Below are positions 25,672 to 38,265 of a DNA stretch of 64,000 bases, in pieces. Within the stretch, counting starts at the first letter, position 1, and each line of letters begins with the position of its first letter. This DNA comes from Asterias rubens (lineage: Eukaryota). The notes under the pieces are model-generated. The model searched no databases and was not told the DNA's origin. It worked only from the letters and a program-made list of their open reading frames with translations. The stretch is taken from contig NC_047066.1 in assembly GCF_902459465.1 (NCBI RefSeq), positions 21,266,001 to 21,330,000 on the forward strand, in the 5' to 3' direction. The translations under genes and the position numbers were made by a program.

Positions 25672-26199
25672 GGGTGCGTTCGTTCTAGCTTCCCTGGGTC
25701 GACCCCGGTGTGTAGCGGTTTTTTCCCCAGGACGAGTGTGTGCAGATAATTACCCACGTAATAATGGGTGCGTTCGTTTAGCTTCCCTGGGTCGACCCCG
25801 GTGTGTAGCGGTTTTTTCCCCAGGACGAGTGTGTGCAGATAATTACCCACGTAATAATGGGTGCGTTCGTTTAGCTTCCCTGGGTCGACCCCGGTGTGTA
25901 GCGGTTTTTTTCCCAGGACGAGTGTGTGCAGATAATTACCCACGTAATAATGGGTGCGTTCGGTTAGCTTCCCTGGGTCGACTCCGGTGTGTGGCGTTTT
26001 TTTTTTCCCAGGACGAGTGTGTGCAGATAATTACCCACGTAATAATGGGTGCGTTCGTTTAGCTTCCCTGGGTCGACTCCGGTGTGTGGCGTTTTTTTTT
26101 TTCCAGGACGAGTGTGTGCAGATAATTACCCACGTTCGTCCTGGTAAAAAAAAACGCCACACACCGGGGTCGACCCAGGGGAGCTAAACGAGCGCACCC
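25672..26199. repeat. Five tandem 93-95 bp units followed by one inverted arm (MITE arm amplified in tandem)
   Basis: Units begin gggtgcgttcg at 25672, 25766, 25859, 25952 and 26047. 26136-26199 is the reverse complement of the first ~64 bp of the unit. Confidence 0.9.
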
Positions 26200-28582
26200 A
26201 ATGTGTTGGCCTTCGTGTAGACTAAAAGCCACAATCACAGACTTAGGAACCAAGTCCAGTGACCGTCTAGCAACCAAAGAAAACCTGATTTAGTCATTTT
26301 TCAAAAACATGTACACATCTCTGAACAAAATAATTATTCAACATCGCCCTCTTGCGGTAAGTTTGTTTTTTAAGTTTCAGCAAGTTAAAATACAATACAT
26401 GTACATACCATAGACTGGTGCCATGTCTTTATCGGCAAGGATAATGCCAGGTTATTGGTTTATGTACACACATATACTATAGGTAGAATTTAACCTCGAA
26501 CCAAATGTAGGGAACATGAGATGCGAGGTCAAAGGTGATTATATACGTGGTCTAAAAACGGCAGACTCTAGCGTAATTACACGAGGTGCGAAGTGTGACG
26601 TCGGATGTCCAGGCTACGGCACAACCCATACAAGATGCGATAAAGCACTTCTAGCAGGCTCAGACTAACAAGCTAACAGCCGAATTCACGAAACGGCACT
26701 AGTATCATTCCTAAGTCGAGTTTAGGACGAGTAATTCGTCCACAATTAGGGGGGGGGGGGTTAACGTCTATGGATACGGAACTTAACTCGTCTGGTCCTT
26801 TCAATCCTAAGTTAGAACAGAGTTTGGTGAAATCGACGGCAGGCACTCTTTCAATGTCGCATGGCTCTTTAATGATACTCACTATGGATTCCTTATTAAA
26901 TGGTACTCACAATAATTATGATAAGTTATATAAATATGCAAATGTAGGAAATCATTTTTATCGTTGTGAGAGCAAATTCTAGGGAATAACACTGTGCCAT
27001 TACAGTATGTCTTCTCCAAATTGTACGCGTACGTGTTTCAGGGGTGAAATTCATTGCTGACAAAAATGCCCGATATAAAAAAGTGTCAACAGTTTGGAAG
27101 GAAATGATAAAGTTTCGAAATTTTAGGAGGAAATGATGCAGTTTCCGGCTTTATGTCACCCTGGGGTTTAGCTTTAAGGAATAATTTCCAAAACAGAGAA
27201 GTGGATCAAAGAGCAGGATTTATTTAAACAATTATGTTGCGGTTGTTTTTCTTCGACGGGTGGATACACACACAAAATCTGAATTCAGAAATCAGGGAGC
27301 TAAACTTACCGATGTGGCTCCGATCTCACTGGTGCTCCTGGTTTAGTCCGTGGATGCCTTTGAGTAACAACGGCTGTCTCATTTGATATGTTTTCCTGAA
27401 AATGAACACACATTGGTAAAAGTTAATTAATGACCATGAGAAGGGCACTCTCTTATTTTATGGGGGGGGGGGGGGGGGGGGTGGGGGGGGATGGGGGGGG
27501 GGGGTCTAGTACCAAACTGTGGTTGACAAGAAGTTCGCTGACAGGATACATTTCGATTTCGACTCGGTGTTGTACGGTGGTAGTAGGAGCTGTGTTATTT
27601 TGGCTATCTCGGTTATTATCTATTGTTTATCGAGGACTTCAGTTTTTAACCCTTTGTTAAACAAAGGGATAATTTTCGAAACCTTACATAAGAAAAAACA
27701 CGTGATTGGTTTTCTTTTTAATTAGATAAATATTCATTATTAGTGTAGTACAACTGTTACCTTTAAAAGGGAAAACAAATCGCCCTATCGTGGTAAACAT
27801 TTCAACAGCGACTCGTCAGATCATAGAGCTTTGCACTGCCCAAGGCATAAGGGAAGAAAAAGAGCGCCAGGATCGTTCACCCAAGGGAATAAATTTGCGG
27901 TTATTTCTGATTTTCTTGAGAGCTGTGACCTCGCTAACATAATTATGAAGATCTATTAATAATCTTGAAAATAAGACCACATCCCTTCAATGAATGTTGT
28001 GACCTTATTTTATTCCTTAACTCATTGTTCTCTCATTCGCGCATAAATGTTCACCTTATAAAAAAAGTTATACTGTTTATAACATTTTATACAAACTTCT
28101 CCAACTCCATGTAAATCTCTCATTACATTCAAAGGCTGTGAAAAATAACACATTTTATTTACGTATAACAGCACCCTAAGTTTAAAGGGCATAATAGTTT
28201 ACATGTAGATGATTTAGCTTTGGGCTATGTTTTCTTTGTAATTAATGGGGGGGGGGTATTAACTCGGGATTGATTCTGTATGTCCACATTCTCTACGCCA
28301 TTAAAATCGACAATTCGTTATAGAGCAACACAAATTCCAGTAAAATTACATCAATTAAAACAGTCGCTTGTTTTTACATTGACCTCTATTCAATAAACTT
28401 TCCTGCTGTAGTTTTAAAATTTACTCTTATCGGCTGATAATTACAGTCATTTTCGTTGAAAATGGTTAATTCTTGTTTCCAGATTAGTCACCAAGTTTCC
28501 AATCTTCATGGTTAAGGGACTTTCTTTGACTCAAATCTTTACGTGGGCGCTATAGATCATCATAAATAAATGTGTATTTGCA

Positions 28583-28927
28583 TTAAAGTATTTGAGTACC
28601 TTTTCAAAATGTCCATAGATTTACATTAAACTTACAGGGTTTGAAAATAATGATAGTGGAAAGCTTCCTGAGGTGCTGTAGTTTTTGAGAAATGAGTAAA
28701 ACAATGCCATAAAAATACGTTTGTAAACGATTAAAATAATTTTCGTCTCATGAGACGAAAATTATTTCCCTGACATTGTTTTACTCATTTCCCAAAAACT
28801 ACAGCACCTCAGCACGTAATATTTTCAGGGAAGCTTTCTACTATCATTATCTTCAAACTGTGTAAGTTTAGTGTAAATCTGTGGACATTGTGTTTTTTGT
28901 CCAACAAAAGATACATAGACCCTTTAA
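28583..28927. mobile_element. TTAA-flanked foldback MITE (family C)
   Basis: Long imperfect palindrome centred on aattttcgtctcatgagacgaaaatt, with ttaaag / ctttaa ends. Confidence 0.8.
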
Positions 28928-29799
28928 GTTATCAGGTCAGTACTATTTGTATCAGCAGCGAAATGCAACAGTTCGTTTATGCACGGGTAAAGGTCAATAT
29001 TTATGAGTCACAAATCAAACGGTTTTAAAGTTTTTCGGCCAAGAATCATCAAGAACTATAGTAGCCCTAAATCCGACTTATTTGACACAGAACACCCTTT
29101 TTTCACAAGGAATTCTTGTTTACATCGATCTGTTTCCCTCTTCAGTGCTGTTCAAGGTCTTCCAATAACCAAAGGTGGAAATTGCATCGATATATAATAT
29201 GTTTTAGAGAGAAGAGTAAAAGAGTGTCTTACAATTATTGTGTCAGAGTTGTGCGAATATTTATTGTTTAAATTAATATTATTACATATAAAGACAAAAC
29301 CCCTGTTTACTTTGAATTTGTTCGATCAAGGTATCTAGCATTAAATATCAGTCACAACCGCTATAGATACATTATTTCCTAAAATTCTATGAAAATAAAC
29401 GTATGGGCGTTCCAACGTTCTTCCGATGATATCTCAAAAACCTTCTCAATCCTTCACTCTACTAAAGCAGGTTGATTGTATACTGTGTTGTATAACTGTA
29501 ACAGTTTGTTCATGATTGGTAAACTTATTACACCTTTAAATGTTCAGGGGGCTTCGATACAGCTGCTCAATGTAAAACATGATGTCTTGGTTTTGTTTAC
29601 AATGCGTCATAGCTTCCGATGCTTTGGCATACATTCACTTGGGATAACGTTTTTACCCACCGAGATTTTCATCTTGATTCAGCATTTTAAACACCAGAAT
29701 CAAGGGAAGGGTTAAAAGGTTTCATCAAAACCCAGGGAAGCCAAGACTGCATCTTGGAACTTTTCCAAAATATTCAAGTTTGTCAGAACGTCTTCCTTC

Positions 29800-30830
29800 C
29801 TTCTCTTAGGTGCTTTTGGAAGGTTGCCATATTTTGCTCCATTTGCAGAAATAGTCAAGCGTTTGGTGGAAGTGCCAGATTTAGAACAATACAGGATGGA
29901 GTTTCTTTCATGCTTTTCTGATGTTGTTGGTTGACGCCAAGTTTTGAAAACGTTATGTCTTCTTTTTTCTTTCTCTGCTGTGTTCTTTTGGATGGCGGCC
30001 ACATTTTGCTCCATTTAGTGCAGCAACAGTTAGGTGGTAAGGTGGAAGTGCCAGATTTAGAACATACAGGATGGAGTTTCTTTCAGGCTTTACTGATGTT
30101 GTTGGTTGACGCCAAGTTAAGAAAAGCTATAGATGCTATTTCGTCTTTCTTTTCTCTCTTGTGTGTTCTTTTGGACGGTGGCCACATTTTTCTCCATTTA
30201 GTGCAGCAACAGTTAAGTGGTTTGGCGGAAGTGCCAGATTTAGAACATACAGGATGGAGTTTCTTTCAGGCTTTTCTGATGTTGTTGGTTGACGCCAAGT
30301 TTTGAAAAGCTATAGATGCTATTTCGTCTTTCTTTTCTCTCTTGTGTGTTCTTTTGGAAGGCTGCCACAGCTTGCACCATTTCGGTAAGGCAACGGTAAA
30401 GTGTTTTGTTGAAGTGCCAGATTTAGAACAGGAGGATGGAGTTTCTTTCAAGCTTTTCTGATGTTGTTGGTTGAGGCCAAGTTTTCAAAATCTATAGATG
30501 CTATGTCTTCTTTATTTCTTTCTCTGTTGTGTTCTTTTAAATGGTGGCCACAAAGTGCAGCAACGGTTAAGTCGTTTGGTGGAAGTGCCAGGTTTAGAAC
30601 ACAGGATGGAGTTTCTCTATATTTTCTGATGTTAGGTGAGGCCAAATTTTGAACATGAACATCGTTATGCTATGTCTACTTTTTTTAAATGTTATTTTGG
30701 AAGGTTGCCACAGTTTCCAACAATTTTGATGCTGCAACCTGGGTGTTTTGGGAGAAGTGCCAGGTTTATAACATTCAGGGTAGATTTTCTGTCTCCTTTT
30801 TCTGACGATTGTTAGTTGAGGCCAAGTTTT
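29800..30830. repeat. Six degenerate 171-183 bp tandem units (possible decayed coding repeat)
   Basis: The anchor gtgccag(a/g)ttta recurs at 29872, 30048, 30231, 30414, 30585 and 30757. Confidence 0.85.
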
Positions 30831-33493
30831 TAACTTCAACATCGTTATGCAAACGTCTTAATCCTTATTTTAAAGCAGCCCCAATCCCTAACTATCTCGA
30901 GGACACGTTGTTTTGGACGCCTTCCATGGGCTATAAAAAGACCACAGACCGGATGGTCGAGTTAAACCTCCAGAACCCACAACCCTCCAATCTGAACTCT
31001 TCGTCCAATACTACGTGTCATACTGTTCAGTTTAATGCATATAGTATAGGACAGATCTTCGTCCAAATTCGACCGTCCATGAGTGAAAAACAAGTGCGTC
31101 ATCAATCACGTGCTCGTGGGGTATGTCAGTCACCGAATATAAAACAGAAAGTTACGTTTAATGGAAAAGAACTCTTACAATATTGTTATAATGAGTATTA
31201 ATAATAATAATGTTAACAGCAATATAAAGCGCCACATATCCAACAAATTGCCCAAACGCGCTATACATCAAAAGAAGAACACTTTACATTATCAAAAGCT
31301 TTAAAAAATGCTAAAAAGATCAAACATTATAAATTAAGCAAGGCAAAACTTCAAGAAGTACGGTACAAAGTACAGTTTATTGTGTTCAGTAATTTTGTCC
31401 AAAACAAGATGAATACACAAGTCTTCAGTGTCAGCTTCTTCGAGGTAAAAAAACGTTTTCAAAACATTTGGATCATAACTTAGCGAGATTTAGATCATAA
31501 AGCTTTCTTATATTTTTATTTTTGTATAGGTGAAGTCGATTTTCTTTTACGTTATTTGCAGAAAATAATCACGAAAACAAAACATATTTGTATTGTGGCC
31601 CTGCCCAGCATCTTGAGTATGCTTCTTTCTTCCTAACTAGCTTTCTAATTTTAGACTGAGTTTCGACCCCCCACCCAAACGTTTTTTTATTATATACTAA
31701 CAGCTGAAAGGTCATTTCTTTTTAATAGCATTAAAATAATTTGACCCGGAAATCGCTTTGCAGCAAGACGGATATGCTAATCAAAATGTATTAGAGAGGG
31801 CCCACTCACTGAATAAAAAAATCAATTAAACTCATGACTTATAATGTATTGTCATCGCCAAAAAAGAGTTCAACCATGAGATTCAGAGATTAATATTGGA
31901 TGACTGATGTGTGGGTTCAAATTGGAGAAATTAACCGCTCCTCAACCTCAACTTCGTTGATGAAAGATGTAAGCAATATACACAGGTCAATATTTTGAGA
32001 TGAAGTTCCCTTATCATTGAAAACTGCCGGCGTTTAAAGTTATTTTTGATTAGTAAATGCAAACATACTTTGTGATTTACATTGTTCGAACTCGGTGGAT
32101 GCGTTTCAGTAAAACAACGAAATATTTCATATTGTCTTATAAATACCCAAGCGTTTCGACCCTAGCAGAGTCTTTCATGAGAGCTAAGTGACGAGAAAGA
32201 CTCATAGGGTCAAAACACCATACTACTAATATTGTTTTGCATTAACACCTCTTGGTTGGTAAGCAGTTTGTAACAGCAATTTTTGTTCTTCTCATTTTCG
32301 TTTTAGTTAACTTTTCCCATACTGTTCGTAATCATGCTTTATTTGACAGCTGCAATAAAAAAAACGATAATTTGCGTTGTCCTTGCATGGGGACCAGGTA
32401 ATAAAAAAAGTGGGACGAGGTCTTGGACGTCTGTTAAGAACCGGCAGGGTCGTGGCCGTGCGATAAAAAACCTCGGCCCGGTCCTTTATCACACGGCCAC
32501 TAGGCTACCCTGCAGGTTTTAAACGAAGGTTCAAGACCGAGTCACTACTCATTGATTCTAATTCATAAATACCCCTTAAGTTTGATTAAACGCAGACATG
32601 TTGGAAAACTGGGGGGAAATCAGTAATTTTTAAGTTCTTGTCATCATCTCATGCTCCGTTTCGTGAAGCGTCAACATGAATTAGTGACATTTTGTCACCA
32701 TGATCAAAAGCGTTTCTCGTTATTGTTTTTCCTAATTCTCAGCATTCTGCTTTCGAAAAAAGATTAGCAGAAATTACGTGGAAAAGGAACGTTGAAAGGA
32801 AACGTTAAACAAAATCATGCTTAGTAAAAAAAGATTCTCCAGTCGTCATTATTCATAAGTTCCTATGTCCTCAACCACAAAAGCTATTTTGACAATCTCT
32901 ACATCATGAAAGGGCTTTACGTGCGTTCTCTGTTAACATTATAAAATAAGTATGTGTTATTTACGGTGCGATGTTTACTTTTGTCTAGTTGTTGCATTTC
33001 AAGCAGCCCGATGTAATTTCACAAAATAAGAATGACCAAAGTGACAAACCCTATTAAAAATGTAGCGTTTGGTGGTATCCTGCTTATTAGTGCTTAGCAG
33101 AATGTTTAAAGCAATATTTTCTGCTTTTAAGCAGCCTTATGGCATTTGGCCCTGCCTGTACGGTCATTTTATTTGGACATAGAGTGTGCCATGTACATTT
33201 GTCCGACCAAACAGAATGCATGCCATGCTGTATAGGCGGGGAGGGGGAAGGCAAATCAGCGGTTAGAACAGTGGTTCTATTTGTGTCTTTTTGAGGATGC
33301 AGAACGTGATTGAAGTAATTACGTACTTCGATGACGCACTACCTCCCCTTTACATCATGACCTGTTCCTAAAATACATTATAACCATGCGATGATGTCAT
33401 CTAAATGAAAAACGCACGGGTATTAACTTTCCCTTATTACATTATCAATTAGTGAAAAATGTTTGAGATGTTGTATAGTGAAATTTTGTTAGA

Positions 33494-33842
33494 TTAAAGG
33501 CAGTGGGCACTATTGGTAATTACTCAAAATAATTATTAGCATGAAACCTTTCTTGGTGACGAGTAATGGGGACAGGTTGATAGTATAAAACATCGGAGAC
33601 AGGTTGATAATATAAAACATCAGAGACCTCAGATTTAGAACTTGAGGTCTCGAAATCAACCATTTTAAACGCACACTTATACTTCGTGTAACAAGGGTGT
33701 TTTTTCTTTCATTATTATCTCGCAAGTTCGATGACCGATTGAGCTCAAATTTTCACAGGTTTGTTATTTTATGCTTATGTTGAAATGCACAAACTGTGAA
33801 GGCTAGTCTTTGACAACCACCAATAGTGTCCACTCCCTTTAA
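33494..33842. mobile_element. TTAA-flanked MITE, family A (internally rearranged)
   Basis: ttaaaggcagtgggcactattggtaatt ... caatagtgtccactccctttaa. Confidence 0.85.
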
Positions 33843-34841
33843 GGGGTGAGTGTGACATTGTAGATAATGTTTGCCGCGTCCGGACAAAAGAAGATGTTTA
33901 TCCCAACTTTTACAGTGTACATCATTCGATTAAAGTTCAAGAATTTCATGTCCTTCGTATGCAGTATGTTTCTCCCAAGAGACTCAAACATCTTAATTGT
34001 TTTCAGTCATAAAATGACCACACAAAAAAACACGTAGTGTAAATGGTGAGATTCTCTTTGCAAGTCTCTTTCTTTAAAGTGACAGTGGTTTTTCAGCTGC
34101 TAAATATTGCTGCAGTTCGTTTTAAAATCCTAACTCTTGTTTTCACAATGAAATTTCCCATGAATTTGTTTCAGTATTTCAGAATGCCACCATTGACCCC
34201 CTTGAATTGGCCACCATCTCAGATGAAACATGCACGCATGAAATGGTATCGCTGGCTCAGAGGTGCGCAGTGCGTACACGTGTAAATCTTTCCATTGTTT
34301 TACATCAAAGATGGTGGTCAATGACGTCATGCGCAGTCCATCTATACCTAATTATAACTAGAAACTACGGCACATGACGGTCATTGTCTGTGTTATATAG
34401 GCTAATAGATTGGTTTAATGAGCTGGACACAAAGCCTTATCCGCAAAATAACAAACAAACACTGTAAACATACATCTAAATAGGATGCACGACATTCAAA
34501 CAGACATTGATTTAAAGTAACAGGAATTGATGAACAGTGACTGGTTCTTTGGCCATAATCCAGCATTTTCCAAAAGTGACAAAGGACATTGACATTAAGA
34601 TGTGTTGTTGTTCCAATAGGTCAAGGAACATGTCGACACTTCCTTCTACATGAACTTAACATTTCGTTCACAACCACAGAGGAAATCTAAATTAACTCTA
34701 AACCTTTACAGTTTTGATATTAAATCAACGAATGGAAACATTCCAAGGACAGGGAAAGATCGTTGAGATGCAGTGGCGGATTGTATAAAAGTTGCATCTA
34801 CATCCTGAAGCAACTGTTTGACGTCTACTGTGAATCAATTG

Positions 34842-35212
34842 TTAAAGCCATTGAACACTTTCGGTAAACAGTATTGTCCAAAGGCCAACACTTCGTGTAT
34901 CACAACTTCTATACAAAATAACAAACCTATGAAAATTTAGGCTCAATCGGTCATCGGAGTCGGGAGAAAATAATGGACCATCCCACCCAATTTTTTCCGC
35001 ACGTTTATGACATGTGCTTTAAACAAATCCGTAATTCTCGCTATCGAGAATTGATAATTGTTTTAATGTTTTCTCAAAAAATAAAGCATTTCATGGAATA
35101 ATATTTCAGGAGAAGTCTTTCACCATGACCTTCTGTAAACCCTGTAAGTTATTTGTAAATCTGTAAACTTGTTTTTATTGTTTTCTGTTCCGAAAGTGTA
35201 TATTGGCTTTAA
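34842..35212. mobile_element. TTAA-flanked MITE, family B
   Basis: TIRs ttaaagccattgaacactttcgg / ccgaaagtgtatattggctttaa; second copy at 62136-62509. Confidence 0.85.
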
Positions 35213-38150
35213 AGGGGGATCTGGGACCTACTCACTGAAAAAAGGGACGCGAAAACAATGGACTATACAAAATATTACTTTTGAAACAGTCTGACAAGGG
35301 TAAGCATATGTCTTTATAATGCGAACATTATCAATTCAACTGTTGAATCCCTCTTTAACCTATTAAAAAAGTTTCAGCATGTGCTGACATCAAACACCGA
35401 GGCATGACAACCATACATGTCCCTCGCCACAGGGTTTAACCGTAATGAATCGAGGAAAAACAGGAACTCTGTGCAAGTCTCGCGCGTATTACAACATCCG
35501 GGACCAAGAGTTTAAAGTACGTGCGCGCGCCACTGTTCCGTCGGATAGTTTTACTTTAGTTTGTGGCTATTAAAACTATACATATTGCTGGGAATGGAAA
35601 TTTTTACGATTAAATAAGTGAAAGTAAAATAAAGCATACAAACAATGAAGAAAGCCGAGAATAATCACTTAACTTCCGTTTCCGGTTACGTGTAAACACG
35701 GGTTAGAAGTTTTGCCCAATGAGGTACGGGTTCAACTTAGTTTTAGGTGATTGATCACACACATCCTGGCGTGATTGGCAACTATGGGTTCCTCAATTAT
35801 GCATCCTAGTCAAAAAGTTTTACATTTGTTTCAATGTTAATTTGAACAAATTACTTCTTACAAAATGGATTTTTTTTATAGAGAAGATTTAATTTCACCG
35901 AAAAATATAGTATTTTTTCCAGTAGTTTTGTCATTGTCAAATAATGCGAGACTTGCACAAACGATTCAATTGTACTTTCTATTCTTAATTCCATCTGGAG
36001 CCGAGTCTAGAAGGCGTCGTAATAGAGGGAAGTGTTCAGATTATTATGTTTTTAAACGATCAAGTATTACAACAACTACGTAAGAGGCCGTTTGAATTTC
36101 GCCTGTTATAGGCCTACTCTATGTCTCCAAATGTGTACATTGAAAACAACAAACAAGACGTATTCAATCAAAAGATGTCAGTTACCGGGTCAGCCTGGCC
36201 TAGACTCTGGCCCCGGAATCCGGATTAATTCTACCAGTAAGTTGTTAGAGTGTACCACAAACACATTTTTACAAAATAATATAGTATTGTCTGGAGAAAA
36301 CAAAATAATTAGCCATCACAACAAAAAATTAACAACTGAGCGTAATTGATTTAGGCACCTGTCTCATAGTAACGATCTTGAATTGACTGCTATGGTGACA
36401 ATGCTTTTCGTGATTACTGATATAGATTTTATTTTGAGAAACCACACAAACAACTGCGTGTAGGAAATGAGTCGATCCTGGTTGGGCGTTTATTTTTACC
36501 CTCGAATAAGGTACCTTAATCTTCAGATCCATATCAATACTAAAAGTTTAACATTTCAACGGCAAACTGTTTCTGGTATCTGTTTGAAAAGTTATTGGGA
36601 ATAATTTCCACAAGGAGAGGGCATGCCAGTCATTGCACACACAAAACAAGTCTCGGCGGTTAGTTTGTAAGTGTTGTGTGTAAGCCAACAATAAATGAAT
36701 CAATGAACTTCCAGCCTGAAAGGTTTTACCACATGCAGTCTACATGTGACCTTTCACCGTGTGACTCTCTTGTTTTGTGTGTAGATTATTTACATACAGT
36801 TTTATTTTGCTCTTTTTGTATTTTGTGGTGCGTTTTATAGCAGTCCACTTGTAAGAGATTTTATTTTAAAAAAAATCTAAATTATTAGTAATTAAAAAAT
36901 AAATTTGCTCCATCATTCTTGGAGTAGCGCATACTTCAGGTAATTGAGGAAATGTACTTAACCAATTTTCCTGTTTTTAAGTTATTAGAACGGAGATAGC
37001 CACAGCTTGTCAAACGCACGAGCAAGCCGACAGCTGATGAGTCCATGTTCTGGTTAACTTTCTTAAATTTGCATCTGACACCTTTGGGGATACTTGCCGG
37101 GGGGGGGGGGCAATTTTAAAGCTATAAATGACTTTTTACATCGTAAAGATGCTCTCAGATAAGATAACACGCAATTTTTATATGAGACGTTAACATTCAA
37201 GATGGTTCAATTCAATTCAATTCAAAATGTCATGGCACAAACGCCACAAAGGGATTTAGACAAACTTTTTGTACTATAAGAAGAATTTGCCTAAATACAA
37301 AAGATTTCTAAAACTTTCTCAGCATAAACAGACCTACTTTTATCAGAGCACACAGTAAATAGTTCCGGCTGAGATATCATGTTTTGCAACAATGCCTATC
37401 AGTCTGGTAGTAATTAGGGTTGATGGACAATGAGGAACGCGTGCTAGTGCACTCGCTAAGGCGGTCCCTACATCCCCCTTCTACAGACACAGTCTCAGTT
37501 TACGTCCGTTTCGTGGATTCTGTAAGCATGGATATCTATAAGCGTCTATATAAGCTAGGGTTCATATTAATAAACTTCATTTGACCTAACTGTCGTCTCA
37601 TAATGATGTGACTCATTCCCACGACTCGATTTATCATTCTCCAGATTACCACTCGTTTCCTCCCAGTATAACGTGCATAAAATAAACCACATAGGGACAC
37701 CTCAATGGATGCCTTAAATTTGCATATTTAGCGACTATCCCTATACCCCTTCCACAAGAAACGTTTTTTCAAGGGTTGTTAAAGGGCACTTGGATTTGCG
37801 TGGTCTTAATCATATCCTGGACTTTAAGGGACCTTCAACGTCTTGAGTATAATTCAGAGGTTTTCAGAATAGCGTGACGATATAATCACCCGTAGCGCCC
37901 CCTGTTGGTCATCTGCTCTGTCCACTAAAACATCGACGTCCAGTGTTTTATTAGTCAAAGCTTGGTCTCTTAATTAGGTAGTAGGTGCAGGTGACCGAAA
38001 CACGTCATGTACATAGGTCCCTTAGAATTAAGAATTCTATTTTCATCCCCCACGTTTTTGCGCATGCGAGACACGTTTCCGGTTGAGCTAGAGTGAAGCC
38101 CTAGCGTGATGTCCCCGTGATCCAGGGCAGGGGAGGGGGAAGTGCAAGGG

Positions 38151-38158
38151 TATATAAA
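38151..38158 (+). promoter_or_regulatory. Candidate TATA box of the carbonic anhydrase gene
   Basis: TATATAAA about 110 bp upstream of the ATG, with an NRF1-like TTGCGCATGCG near 38058. Confidence 0.5.
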
Positions 38159-38265
38159 CCCGATGCGGGCGAACGTCTTCATGTTGTTGTTCTTTCACGG
38201 CGTTTGGATTTTTGCGGGGGAGCGACTGGGAAGTTTTGAGGAGGTGCCAACCATCTAGTTAAGTC

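Noticed and set aside
25551-26277. ORFs with 31-aa repeats on both strands
   Set aside because: They arise from the 93-bp unit being a multiple of 3. The frame breaks where poly-T length varies, and the structure is a MITE-derived array.
29931-30305. 124-aa + strand repeat ORF as a real gene
   Set aside because: It starts at a non-ATG codon, has stops in neighbouring units and reads like antisense of A-rich sequence. Kept only as a repeat finding.
32151-32217. Penelope-type minimal hammerhead ribozyme on the - strand
   Set aside because: A stem and GAAAC are present, but the core reads CTCATGA instead of CTGANGA, so it is probably an inactive relic. Related segments at ~38990-39080 and ~58770-58900 are more degenerate.
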